In this document: positions 13,050 to 25,269 of the stretch, piece by piece
How the letters are laid out: each line of letters starts with the position of its first letter
Position numbering within the stretch: position 1 is the first letter of the stretch
Assembly (NCBI GenBank): GCA_013239625.1
Contig: MU054187.1
Location: 8,032,358 to 8,096,357 of the forward strand
Origin: Lama guanicoe
Lineage: Eukaryota
Reading direction: 5' to 3'
Length of the DNA stretch: 64,000 nt
Program-made: the position numbers and the translations under genes
Notes under the pieces: generated by a model
What the model was told of the DNA's origin: nothing
The model's database searches: none
What the model saw: the letters and a program-made list of their open reading frames with translations, nothing else

Positions 13050-13117
13050 TTTTAAATGGGGACATGTATATTCCTTGAGGTGCCACATCCATGAGGTTCC
13101 TAGAAGATTTTTCTTGT
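13050..13117 (-). other. Candidate 68-nt exon, unknown transcript
   Basis: Strong acceptor ttttttttttcttttgtag and donor AAA/gtaagc on the minus strand, in unique sequence. Confidence 0.3.
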
Positions 13118-13534
13118 CTACAAAAGAAAAAAAAAATCTTTAGTTTTTAAATAAGACAAAAAAATGTGTTTGAAATTTGGCTGTGCCATTTTACGACCTT
13201 GGGAAAGAAGCAACTTTTCTAAGCTTTAACTGTGTAATGAGAAAATAATAAAATATAAATATTAGACAGAATAAGGCATTCAATATAGAAGAAAATTTTC
13301 ATTAAGTAATAATTATTATGATTAAAAACTATTTGTAATTTCACCATTTTCTTAAGAAAATTCCTTCATCTCAAGATTATGTATTATATTTCTTTGTTTT
13401 TCCAAAGCACTTTTACCCATGATAATTTCACATTCTACTTGGAGAAGACAGTCATTGAGGTCACAGCAGCAATTTTGTTTTTAATCATAGTAGACCTGTG
13501 GGTGAAGTTTAGGCTACTTCTTATCAAAGAATCT

Positions 13535-13662
13535 CCTTAATCAGAATCACTTAAAAACTCTATAAAATACAAATACCTGTGCCCACAGATCAATCCAATA
13601 TGAATCTCATGAGGACCTTAAACTGCTGAAGCTCTTCTCATGCACAGCCAGGTTTGAGAATA
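13535..13662. mobile_element. MER5-like hAT-Charlie fragment
   Basis: atcagaatcac...aaaatacaaatacctg...atgcacagccaggtttgagaa. Confidence 0.6.
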
Positions 13663-14079
13663 GGTCCTTTAGCAAGACTCTTCACACAATGCACAGAAGA
13701 TTGTTCACACTCAGGACTGTTCATAGATAAAATGAGTATCTTGCAGGGTAGGGGGGTTTCCTGTCCCTGGAGTGGTCCAAGTAAGAGCAGAATGGCCATT
13801 TGGTGCAATAGCTGGGGAACATCTTCAAACATAGAAAGGATAACTGACCTAGGTAAACTACAGTTACGTTCCCCTCCAACCCAGAGATTCAATTCCAGAC
13901 AAACTTTTATAAAGCACCAATTATGAAATAGAAACTTCCATAAATTTTTCATATAATTCATTTAACCAGTCTGCAAGAGAGGTTTTACCTAAGAAAAATA
14001 AATTCACAGAAGTTACATTTTGTCCAAGATGGGATCCAAATCTCAGCTTCTCATTTCAAATAGAATATACTTTCCACCA

Positions 14080-14590
14080 CTCCACTCCACCTTCTCTGGG
14101 CATAAAAATACTCCCTTTCTTGACTTTCCTGTTCCTCATTAATAATCCCATCCACTGAGTCTCAAAGCCACCTGCTGCTATCTGGCACATCTTAGAGATA
14201 TTACATCATTGCTGTGTCTTCCTCAGCCCCATTTTTAATCAATAGTTTATTGAGTTCATTTCTAAAACTGTTCTCTCATATTTCCTTCTCTTTTGCCTTC
14301 CCAATGCCAGTTGGGTGGGAAGAAAGGTGTTAACATTGCTGCTGTTCTTGTTTAGTCTGAACTTCTTATTTAATCATTCCAAGTTCTTGGCATTGATACC
14401 ATACCTATTAGTCATAACTTTTAGCACAGATTACCGCCAGGGAGCTCTCTCAAGAGCTCCCATGAAAATGAGCATTCCCTCCTCTGAATTCCCCTAGTGT
14501 GCCGCTGTTAGTTTTGTAACACATTTGATTCTTCCTATTTTGTTGAAAGCTTTTTGAAGACAGGAATCATTGCACTGTCATTGTTGACTC
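14080..14590 (+). mobile_element. Highly decayed LINE-2 fragment
   Basis: Pyrimidine-rich L2 3'-like motifs (cccatccactgagtctcaaagcc; aagctttttgaagacaggaatca). Confidence 0.45.
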
Positions 14591-15619
14591 TGCCCTAACA
14601 GGGTCTGCTGTTAATCAGCCAAGAATCTTTCCCTGTTTGTGGATGTGTGTGTTCTCTCTTCCTTCCTCCTCAGCATCCCCTTCCACTAATGAAGAAAATT
14701 AGGTCAATAGATACTAAATGATTTGTCCAGGGAAATCATCACCATGAAGTCTGACTTGCCTAATCATTCTGCACTAAAGGGCTCTCTCTAACCCACCCTC
14801 TTATAAAGCTGTAATATCTCACAATAAATGGAGCAATTTTGGAGTAACTTTTCCAAGGGATTAAGATAGTCAATCAACCTATCTGAGTGCATGAGGAATG
14901 TATAGTAACCTTAAGAATTATGAAAGGAATTTTTCTTGTGAAACCCGATGGCATTAATAAAATAAACTTTATAAAAATTTTAAGAGATGTATTAAACATT
15001 TTCAGCCCTACATCTTGTCAGCTGGTCTGCATCTAAAACCAAATGCTGAAAACCTGCCTTGCCTTTTGCTTACGAATTTTTGCCTCATGTTTTCTAAAAC
15101 CTCATGACAGATCTCGGGGTTTCTCTCTCTCCCCAGGAGCAAAAGCAAATCTAATTCTCCTCTCAACTACTCTCTCGTTTGGTCATCCATCAGCCTCAGA
15201 TTCTCTCCTTCTCACCTGCAGGATATTTTCTCATGAAGCTGACCCACCATCCAATAAAGCCATTTGTACTGGTTGGTTCTGCTTCCCTAAGGAGTGAACC
15301 ATCAGTTGGTTTCCGAGGTTCTGAATCAACAGTGCCTCAGTTCTGTCCAGTATTATTTGTAGAAGATGAAGTGACGGTGCCAGAGGCAGACTGAGAGAAG
15401 CAAGAAGGCAGGCAGGGCTGCCCGAGCCTTGCTGTGATTGTGCAAGCGTTGCTACTGAGGAAAGATGTGGGTGAAGATGAAGAACAACAGTGCTAATATT
15501 TTGGAAGGGATTTAATTTGGTCTAGATTGACTCTCCGAAGGTGTGCATTAATGTTTTTTAAAATGAAGATTCCATCATGAAATAATTTTAGCAAGCAACA
15601 TAAGGATGCATATGCTAGA

Positions 15620-15770
15620 AAATTCACGATGCACCTTTTTACATATTAAAAGCTCTCAGTGATTAATATGACTTAACGCAGGATTCTGCAAATACAATCG
15701 ATTGTAGAACTCCCTTCCTGATAACTTATCTGGTGTACGTGTTCCAAGGAACACACTTTGGGAAGTGCTA
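15620..15770 (+). mobile_element. MER103-like hAT-Charlie 3' fragment
   Basis: catattaaaagctct...gtgttccaaggaacacactttgggaagtgct. Confidence 0.55.
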
Positions 15771-16624
15771 ATCTAAACTGTTCATATTTTTCACATTATT
15801 GGATCATAAAAAGTTTCTAGAATGGATAGAATGAAGACCATCATGTGTATTTCTCAGCCAGGATTTTCTAAGGGGTTGAGTCCTCTCTACAAGGGAGGCA
15901 CTGAGAAACACAATGCAATGTATTTGAAAGAGTTGGAAGCCTCTGCTTGGAAAAATTGTATTTTTAAAATAAGATTTGATCTACCTGATAGTAAAGATTT
16001 TCTTTTCTCTTTCTTCTCCCCAACTGTCCTGTTCTTTACATATGACTCTTGCCTTGAACCATAAAATGAACTTAAAAAAATTTCTTCCTCAGATTCATTT
16101 AAAAAAAAGAAATACAGCCAAACTAAGATTAAGTTTCTGGAACTGGTGGCACTGTGACTCATAATATATAGGTATAGATATAGATAAAGATCTAGACAGG
16201 GATAGACAGACATGTCTACAGCACCATTACAATGGTCATGGTTCTTTGTTATAAAAGTGAATAAATTCTGGTGACCCAAAGATAGAAGTGTGAAATGAAA
16301 AGCTTATCATAAACACTATATACCATCAGAGAATTCTTTTTGAAAATTGCTCCTTAAATCAAATGAAATTTTTCATTTTCTACATGAATCTACTCGGCAT
16401 ATGTATTATACCATACTAGACTGTTTCACGTGTACACTATTATATTAATACCTTTAAAATGAGTCAATGCTGTCAATTGACCATGAAATATTATTGTTCC
16501 AAACATGAAGAGATATGGAATCAAAGTTGAGTCTTCCATTTTTATTTACACATAAGAATTAATTATAGATGTGAAATCATCGGGTTAATCCAGATAAGGC
16601 TACAAAAACTACAGTTTTTTCCCA

Positions 16625-16800
16625 TTTCATCATCATTTCAGTTCTGTGAGCTTGAAACATTGTAATTTCCATTTGACAGTGGTGGAAACTGACAAAGATA
16701 AAGTGACACACCCAAGGTCACATTGCTGGCCAGAAGCAGATCCAACTAGGCTATAAAATCCAGCCTGGCCATATGAACATCCAGCATCTTTCATGTACCA
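16625..16800 (-). mobile_element. MIR SINE relic
   Basis: ccatttgacagtggtggaaactgac...aagtgacacacccaaggtcaca is the antisense MIR core. Confidence 0.65.
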
Positions 16801-17129
16801 ATTCAGTTTAAGACTATATGAGGCCAAATAAGCCATTTGATGAAGAGCTGTTCTGAGTGAAATATTACTGGAACCCAACGGATATGGGCAGGTCCTGCTG
16901 TCCAGGTAGAGATGTATGAAGCTGAGAAACTTCCTCTAAATCTCTCCTTCATTTTTAAGGATTAAATGAGATTTTTTTACAGAGCTTCTAATGGATAAAC
17001 AAATGTTTACAGTTGCTATTACTGAAATTATCTTTGGGTGAAAGAATTTTCTAGAATAGATCATTAAAATAGATCTTTCTTTGAAAGATGTTTATGTATT
17101 AATTAACATTTCCTCTCTTTCCACCCTCT

Positions 17130-17992
17130 CTGGGACCCACTCTAAAAAGGCTTTTCCCTTCAACCATTTTCTGAAAGTTTATATGGTTAAATTAGCCTCA
17201 TCGCATTTGATCTCTCCTCCTTGAAACAATCTCTTCACTTGGCTTCCTGGCTCCAACTTCACCTCCTAACATATTGTCACTTCTTTTCCACCTCCTTCCC
17301 TAATTTATCATCTCCTCAACCTCTGAACATTGGAGTAGACTGAGGTTCAGTTCTTGGTTGTTTCATCTTCTCTGTCTGGACTCACACCGTGATTGATCCC
17401 ATCCAATGTTAAAACTTTATGTACCATTTATATACCTTGATAACAGCCAAATTTATCTATCTAGTCCAGACTCCCCTGAATTCCAGACTCACATCCAAAC
17501 TGCTTACATATTTCCTCTTGATGGCTAAGGGACGTCTCAAACCAAATGCGGCCAAAACAGACTTCCTCCTCTCCCAAGCTTGCCTTTCCCAAGTCTTTTC
17601 TCTATGAGTTGATGGCGATCCAATAATATGAGTTGCTAAGTCCAAACATCTTGGAGTTGTCTTTGATTCGTTGTTTCCTCCTACACCCTACATCCAATCC
17701 TTTAGCAAATCTTATCATTAGCACATTCAAAACATATCAGCCTTTTACCATCTACGTTGCTATTTCTCATTTCTGTGCTACCATCATTTCTCATCTGGAT
17801 TATTCTAATAGCTTCTCAGGTCCCTGCTGCTTACTTATCCACAGCATTTAAGACCTGCTAACTCACTGTGTCATTGGCTTACTTAGTGTGCTCATCGGTT
17901 CTCTCTCTCTTTACATGTAAGTTTCAAGAGGGCAGAATTTGTGCCTGTTTTCTTAGGTGTCTTGTGTGTAGTAGATACTCAATCTATGTTGA
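17130..17992 (+). mobile_element. LINE-2 fragment to the 3' end
   Basis: ctcccctgaattccagactca...gtctcaaacc...atgtaagtttcaagagggcag...tagtagatactcaat. Confidence 0.85.
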
Positions 17993-20222
17993 AAGTTTAT
18001 TTACTGAAGTTTCAGTATGAGTGTTCCCACAAATTAAAACATGTTTGATAGTGAAATTCATGTTGTAATATCGTCTAGACTAGACATTCGTGGGCAAGAT
18101 GGTGTTATAATTTATTTTATCCATTAACAATGTAGAGCAAACAGGACAAGATTAGGGATAAATTTATCCTGGTTTGGGGACTCAGTTTTGCCAGTAAAAC
18201 CTTTGTGGTTCCTGAACTTCAGAATCCTCTTTTGAAACGTTGGAGTAATAAAACCGAGTTTCTCAGACTAGCTATGAGAATAAAATGAGACCATGAATTC
18301 ATATTTGCATTCAAGTGTAACAGGCATTGTTCAAGGCATTGATGTGAAAGCACTTTGTAAATGTGGAAAGTTCAGGGTAAATATAAGGACATGTTCTTTT
18401 CAATAACAAAAATTTTTGTTGAGTGAGTTTTGAACAGCAATGCATGTTTTAAAATCATCACAAATTATATCCACATTGTCAGACCAAACTATAAAAGTTG
18501 GAATTCAAAGCTTTTATTAGTGAAATTTTACTCACTTTTTGAAAATATTCTGGCAGTCTAAAAACCTAAAACTACAAAAGCAAGTGATTTGGACGTGTTT
18601 TACTCGCCAAAATAAAGTTTTAACAAATTGGCAACTTAAAAAAATAACTAAACCTCAAGCTAAACCTAAAAGCCAACACCCATTACTACTACACAACACA
18701 ACTACGAAACAAGATCATGAAGCCCTTGAACAGAAAAATCTCAGTTTCCATAGATCTATCTTACTAAAAATGCATCAGATCCGTGCCCTAAATCACTTAG
18801 CCATGGGAAAGTTCCCATAGGATGTACATCTGGCGCGTTATTTTCAGACCACATACTGAATCAAGAAGACTTCTGATTGTGACAAAATAAGACCATCTTG
18901 AGCCCCTTCCCCCGCTTTTGTCTTATTTGGGTCAAACAGGATGGATATCAGAAGTACACAATCTTGAGTTTTGTCTAAAAATCAACTCAAGTAAATACAT
19001 TTCACTTCACTAGCTTCCATTATTGTTATGACAGGAGATAACTTTAATGAGATTTGAAATAATGATGTAAGTGACAATATTAAAATTGACTTTGCTGATT
19101 CTTTTTAATTTATGATAGCATTTTATACACTAGTGATATATCTGTCTATAACACTCTAATTTACAATTTACATGGAAAAATGGAAAATGTTAAGGTCTTT
19201 AACCAAAATATTCAGTTCCAGAATTGAATGCAAAAAAAGGAAGAAAAAAACTCCTATGTGATATTTACATCTGAGTTCAAATAAAATTTTTTTCTATAAT
19301 TTTTAAACTTATATAGTGGGCAGACATTGGATCCATTTTTTTAGCATGTCATATTTCATGAGGTCATTAATTAAATCTTAAAAATATCATTTGTGAAAGT
19401 TACTACTCAATTTATTAAACAAAGTGAAAAGAAATACAAGAAAAATTAAAATCCTCAAATCTTTCTTACCCCTGGAGAAGTGACAGAGAAATAGTTGGAG
19501 AAATGATAAGAGTTTTGTAGAGGGAGGATTAATTTTTTTTAATCTCCATTTATATTTCAAATACTAAGAAGGCTTAAAACAAGGCAATGATAATTTATCA
19601 CACTTCTTAGACTTTGGGTATTTGATAGTAACCAGTATGTTGCCACATTACCCTGTAGGTACTCAGTAAAAAGTAATAGAATAATAGAATTGACTCTAGT
19701 TTTATGGCTTCTTGGGAAATAGCTGTTTGATTGTAGACCATGAAATGCTATTCTTTGAACAGGACCCGTTTCCTGTTCCTGCCTCCATTTTCGTGACTGT
19801 ACTGAGAAAATAAATAAATACATAATACAAACACTTCACAGTAGTTTGACCAACACAGGCATCCTTCTAACTGCCCAGCACGTGTGACAAGCTCCTCAGC
19901 CTATGTGATAAAGTGAGTGGAATAACCTCAGGAGCAGCTTTGCTGACGCTCTTGAAAAGACAACAAAATTAGGCACTGATTTCTCCGAAAACTCATTAAC
20001 TCTAAGGACTACACCAAGAACAGAATTTAACTACCACCTGACTGGAGAATAAATGTGTGTGCACACACTGAATAAATAAAGCAATCCAAAGACAACAGAC
20101 CCGTGTAAACCCATGTGATTTTTTTTCTTTTAGATCTTGTGTGTGGGACCTCAGCTTTTCAGAAGCTCTAACATGGTGAGGATGTGGAAGGAGAGGCAGC
20201 TATCGTAAAAGAGCCAGAAGTA

Positions 20223-20474
20223 CTCTATGTTTGTGAGCCTGTTTCTGGTTTGTAAATAAGTTCATCTGTATCTTTTTTTTTAAATTCCATATGTAAGTGA
20301 AACAATAAGGATCTACTGTACAGCACAGGGAACTATATTCAATATCTTGTAATAATCTAAAATGGAAAAGAATCTGAGAAAGAATGCGTATAAATATGTA
20401 TAACTGAATCACTCTGCTGTACACCTGAAATTAACACAATGCTGTAGATCAACTGTACTTCAATAAAAAGAAGG
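20223..20474 (+). mobile_element. Short artiodactyl-type LINE-1 3' end with 5' inversion
   Basis: 20223-20300 is antisense L1, 20301-20474 is sense L1 3' UTR; 16-bp TSD aaaagagccagaagta / aaaagaatgagaagta. Confidence 0.88.
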
Positions 20475-21829
20475 AAAAGAATGAGAAGTAGAACCTCATG
20501 TAAAACCACACCACCTTTTAAAAGTCTTTTGTGTCCCGCAAAGAAGCAATTGTTCATGTTTCTATTTGGAGAAGAACCAGAGTGTGAACGGCTTACAAGC
20601 ACTTCTATGTGTTAACCAACAGAGCATCATAACGCTGACATCGGGAGACCCTAAGAAGTTGAAACAACTGTGCCTCTGTTTCCCTTTTTCTCCACTCACC
20701 CTGGAGTGTGACAGCATTGCTGGGTTCCCTGAGGAAAAACTCTCATTCCCTAGCATAGGCTGCTATTTTCTCTATATACCAAGGGCTTAGTCCAGGTGGA
20801 ACAGAGGGCTGCAGGACAACATTTAAAAGGAACTAACTCCACCCAACCCACCATCCGTATACACAACACTTGTCTCCCCAGACCCGGCAGGAGCAATACG
20901 GTCAGTCTGTCCGTAGATTTTTTTCTTGTTGTGAATGAGACAAGCAGACATTGCAGAGCAGGAAACATGAATAAATTCCTAAAGTTGCAGATTAAAGCAG
21001 GTGTAAGAAGGCCTCTGCTCCCTGGTGGTAAGTGCCACCAGTTGACAGGAAGCTTCTCAGTCTGCGGCATTCCCAATGATTCCGGTCTCTGCCAGAACAT
21101 AGCAGCTGCTGCAGCCCAGCCACATCCTTCAGTGCCCGATGAGCCCGCGCACACAACTGATTTCCATTCACTTTGCAAGCTGCGTGTTTCCAGAAGGTAA
21201 ACATTGGAGAGAGTGGGCTGGCCAACATTTGGTAAATGTGAAGTTAGATGCTTCAATACATCAAATGGTGCTTTTTCAGATACCCACATATTAACTCTCT
21301 CTCTCTCTATGTGCATATATACACATGCACATATATCAGATCTTATTCTAGAAGTGGTTTATGGCAGCTAAATGAGCAATGAACTTCACTTTTTACTTTC
21401 ATAGTCTAATCACCTTCAGAGACATGTTTCTATGGGAAAGTTTCTACGAATTCACAGAAATGGAAAATATGACTATGTTCTTACCTCTTTTCTCTCTCAA
21501 CTAAGGAAAACAGCAAGTGTTTCTGCCCTCAACTCTCTCTCTCTTAATTAATAAGCTTTTTTGTTTGTTTGTTTTTAATCTCATAAGTCCCTAGACCAAA
21601 TCCACATCCTTTGCAGCAACTGGCTCCTCCTTTTCTCAGCCAAACAATCCTAAATTCCAATTCTTCCTTCCTGAGACCACAAACAGTCTTTGCCTAGCCC
21701 AGATTCGTTCTCTTTTCCTTCCTGTGACCTGCAGTGAAATGCTATCCCTGCTGAGCCTGCGAATCCACTGATCAACCCCTGCCCCTGCCGAACATGTTGT
21801 GGGAGCCCCCAGACCCTCTGAAGGATTGG

Positions 21830-22015
21830 TCACCTCCAGCACAGCTGTGCGGGAGATGGCTCGAGTTAATTGCTGAGATTCAAGATTCTGGGAGCTAGAT
21901 GGTGTCATGTTGGCTCCTTGAAGTTGACCATGGTGGGAGCATTTCCATCGTGGAAATCAGCATATGCTACAAATCAGAACTTTGATCTTCGGACAGCAGA
22001 GACCCTGGAACACTG
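21830..22015 (+). mobile_element. MER63-like hAT-Blackjack element
   Basis: tgtcatgttggctccttgaagttgaccatggtgggagcatttccatcgtggaaatcagcatatgctacaaatcag matches the MER63 core. Confidence 0.75.
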
Positions 22016-22082
22016 CTAACTGACAAGTCTTTCTTCCAAAGTATGACAGTATCATGTCAAACCGCCATGTCTTAATCAAATG

Positions 22083-22272
22083 ACCTGGGTCCTAAGACCC
22101 ATTTTACTGTGTGACATTGACGAAGTTACTTAACTTTCCCAAACATTAGTTTCATCATAATGGGGTAATATTGGTTCCAATCTCATAGGGGTCTTGGGAA
22201 GATTAAATGAGATAACTTATATAAATATATAAAGATACCCAGTACTCAATAAATGTTCATTGCTATTATTAT
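22083..22272 (+). mobile_element. MIR SINE relic
   Basis: ctgtgtgacattgacgaagttacttaac...ctcataggggtcttgggaagattaaatgagataa...ctcaataaatgtt. Confidence 0.8.
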
Positions 22273-22987
22273 TGATGTTTAGCATTATTAGCGTTATTTT
22301 TATTATTATTTTAATTTTTAATAAAATAAACGTTGGCATCCATTCCCATTTACTCTTTGCAAGGAAACTCCCCCTGCTGTCTTTCAATAAATATACAAAT
22401 AATACCCTTTATGCAATCTAATGATATAAAAATCTGGCAGCATGGACTCAATTAATGAGTCGCTTTTTCCCCTGACCAGTCCTTCAATGAGAATCTTCTT
22501 CAGTTTGATGTAAAAATACTAAATATTTCTGAAACTGAATGAATTACCATCTTCAGTACTCTCAGATTTTTTCCCTTTTACTCTCCAGTGGAATTCTATC
22601 ACTTAGAGAGGTGTGTATTTAGTCTTTATTTGTGTCCTTTGTTACAATGTTGTTGCCATGAGGGAAGGGATCATGACTCTCTGCATATCTGTGCTATCTG
22701 CAATTCCTGGCACATTCTATGGTATAGTTAAAAACTAAATAAATATTTACCCCCCCAAAAGTGTCAATTCTACCCCACCTATTAATAATCTGAACAAAGT
22801 GCCTTTGGGTACTTCTGATTCCTAAAAAAGAAGTTGGGCATGGGGGGGGGGGTTACTAAGTCAACATTAAGTGGACATTAAAATAGAACATAGCTCCAGC
22901 TAGCATACAACTCTTCAAAGTGGACATAGGGACCCTATATACTACCCTGGCATCCTACAGTGTGGGACTAAGGATGAAATTTCTAGA

Positions 22988-23204
22988 ACAGTGCTACCCA
23001 TAAAACTTTCTGCAATGATGGAAAGGTTCTGTATCTCTACTGGCCAGGAGGGTAAACACGAAGGATCTATGAATATTTTGTCTAAATAGTCATTTGACGT
23101 GTGACTAGTTCAATTAAGGAATTTGATTTATCTTCTTTCTGTTCATTTAAATTAGGATTAAAATCGCCACATATGGTGAGTGACTACCATATTGGACAGC
23201 GTGC
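22988..23204 (+). mobile_element. MER3-like hAT-Charlie MITE
   Basis: cagtgctacccataaaactttctgcaatgatggaaa...gactaccatattggacagcg, flanked by tctag on both sides. Confidence 0.8.
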
Positions 23205-23496
23205 TCTAGGTTAAAGATTGGCACGAGGCCACATGCTGACATTTGATGCCAAAGGACAATCTACAGTCATCGCAACCAAATATTTCAGAGGAGGACTAAG
23301 GGACAATCATGCTAACATTTTAACAAAATTATTTTCACTCTCTTGTGTCTGGAGGATCGAATACTATCTCCCGGATAATAATTCTTATTGACTTCAAGCT
23401 TCTAATTCATATAAACAATAACCTTCAAGTTAAAGAATTTAAACCTATTTAAAATTTCTTAAAGGCCAGTGCAGTCTTCTCTGGTTGTCATGTCAG

Positions 23497-24005
23497 TGAC
23501 GGGGTTCAGAACATGCTTCCCTAAAATATGACACCCTGGAATACAGGTTATTTTAAGTTGAAGGAATTTGAGAAGTGGCAAGCACGAGAGGCACTCTCAC
23601 TTGTCCTTTCTCTCCTGAAGCAGGTGCTGAGACCCTCACGTGAGAAGTGCTTCCTTATGGCTGGAGGACAGGGGCATCCTTATCTCCAGAGACAGAGAGA
23701 TGCCGAGAGGAAGCAGAATGCACAGACTTTGCTCATTTTCCCCTAGTTTACTACCCAGAGCTTGCACCCTTTTGTCCTCTCATGTTTCCCCACGACTTTT
23801 TACTGCTTATCAAACATAGTATGAAAACACCCCGCTTAACTATTTCTTTGAATCTTGACTTCCTGATGAAGGCTCCCAGGTCATGTAAAACTTACATTAA
23901 ATAAATTTCTATGCTTTTCTCCTGTTAGTCTGTTTTTGTCAGTTTAATTTTCAGGCCCAGCGAGGGACCCTAAGAGGGCTGAGGAAAGCATTTCCCTCCC
24001 CTCCA
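23497..24005 (+). mobile_element. ERV1 solo LTR, MER34/MER39-like
   Basis: tgacggggttcagaacatgcttccctaaaatatg...aaataaattt...ccctcccctcca; TG...CA ends; 4-bp TSD tcag/ccag. Confidence 0.85.
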
Positions 24006-24828
24006 CCAGCCTGACAGGAGGCATGGGAAAGGGTGTAGGTGTTCATGTGCGAAGGAATCACTTTAATTTCCATCTGCATTGCCCCCTCACTGTTTCCTGC
24101 TCTTTAGTGGAGGGTCTTGAACCTGTTCAGGGCTAACAATATTCTAAACACAAAGAGGTGTTTCCTAATCCCTCCCCAAAGGGGCAGGGCCAGAGCCCTC
24201 CTGCAGGGCTGGGCACCCCTTGCCTCCCATTATTCATGGGCGGGCTGCTCGAAACCACTGTCACCATCTGCCTCCAGCTGTGTTGGCATAACAGAAAGTC
24301 AAACGTGCTCCAAGCTGCAACTCTGAATTTATTGTAAAAGCCACCATTTCTATTTCATTTGGCTAGAAAACAATCTCACACTATTAGGATGGTTAATTAT
24401 AAATAACAGTCTAGACTCTTAATTGAAATCTACATTTATTTAGAGCCTTTTCATGAGACTAGAATTAAGAAACAAAAAGCATTAGCAATGAATAGAAATG
24501 GACCACACTATTCAAACAGAAAAACCTCAAAATCTGAGCATTAAAGTGCCTCTCTGACAAGTAACAATACTTTCCATTTTAGTAGAAATTTTCCTCTCCT
24601 GTTTTTAAACAGTACCATCAGCGTTAAGTCTTCCATCATTCCTGAACTGAAGCGGGGGTTGTCAGTGTTATTTTGACACTAAGTCTACCTGCACAAATAT
24701 GTATAACTGATGGTGCATACAGGTGTTTTAAAGCAAAAGAGGAAATTCATGAAAATCCATTCTTTCATTAAAAAAAACTCATGATTGCCTATGGCATACA
24801 ATTAACTGAGTTAAATGCTACACGGAAG

Positions 24829-25090
24829 TGATTTTCAAAATTTTAATTGCGAGAAACAGTAAAGAACATATTTTATACTATGACATAGTAATACACTTGC
24901 AAAGGTATTTATATGACTCAAAATTTTATGAAATAATACTTAACTTTAGTATGTGATACATCCTTATATTTTCTATTGTCTTCTAATTAATAATTTATTA
25001 TTACAATCCATTTAATAAAAATAATGATAAACCCACTAAATTAACTTTGAAACTCACTAATGGGTTGAAATCTGCAGTTTGGAAACAATA
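24829..25090 (+). mobile_element. MER112-like hAT-Charlie relic
   Basis: acccactaaattaactttgaaactcactaatgggttgaaatctgcagtttggaaacaa at the 3' end. Confidence 0.65.
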
Positions 25091-25269
25091 TGGAAGAGAC
25101 AGCAAGATAACTAATCCTCAACTTCCTGTCCTTAAGAAAGTTAGGGTCAAATAGCAAGAATAAAACAAAAGAAAATTTAGAAAGAGAAATAACAGCAATA
25201 AGAAGAAGAAAAAGAAGCAGACTTAGAGTTTAATTAAAGGAGAGACTATAGTAAAAGAATAAGCATCAG

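Noticed and set aside
15216..15455. Minus-strand exon with good acceptors and a CAG/gtgaga donor
   Set aside because: All three frames stop before the strong donor; an open frame needs a weaker internal donor. At best non-coding, and unsupported.
20750..21316. 188-aa ORF as a protein-coding gene
   Set aside because: Starts in a (CT)/(AT) microsatellite, has no recognisable domain, and overlaps long frames on the other strand; higher local GC is a simpler explanation.
22445..22461. Short palindrome gactca-attaa-tgagtc
   Set aside because: 6-bp arms occur by chance in 64 kb.
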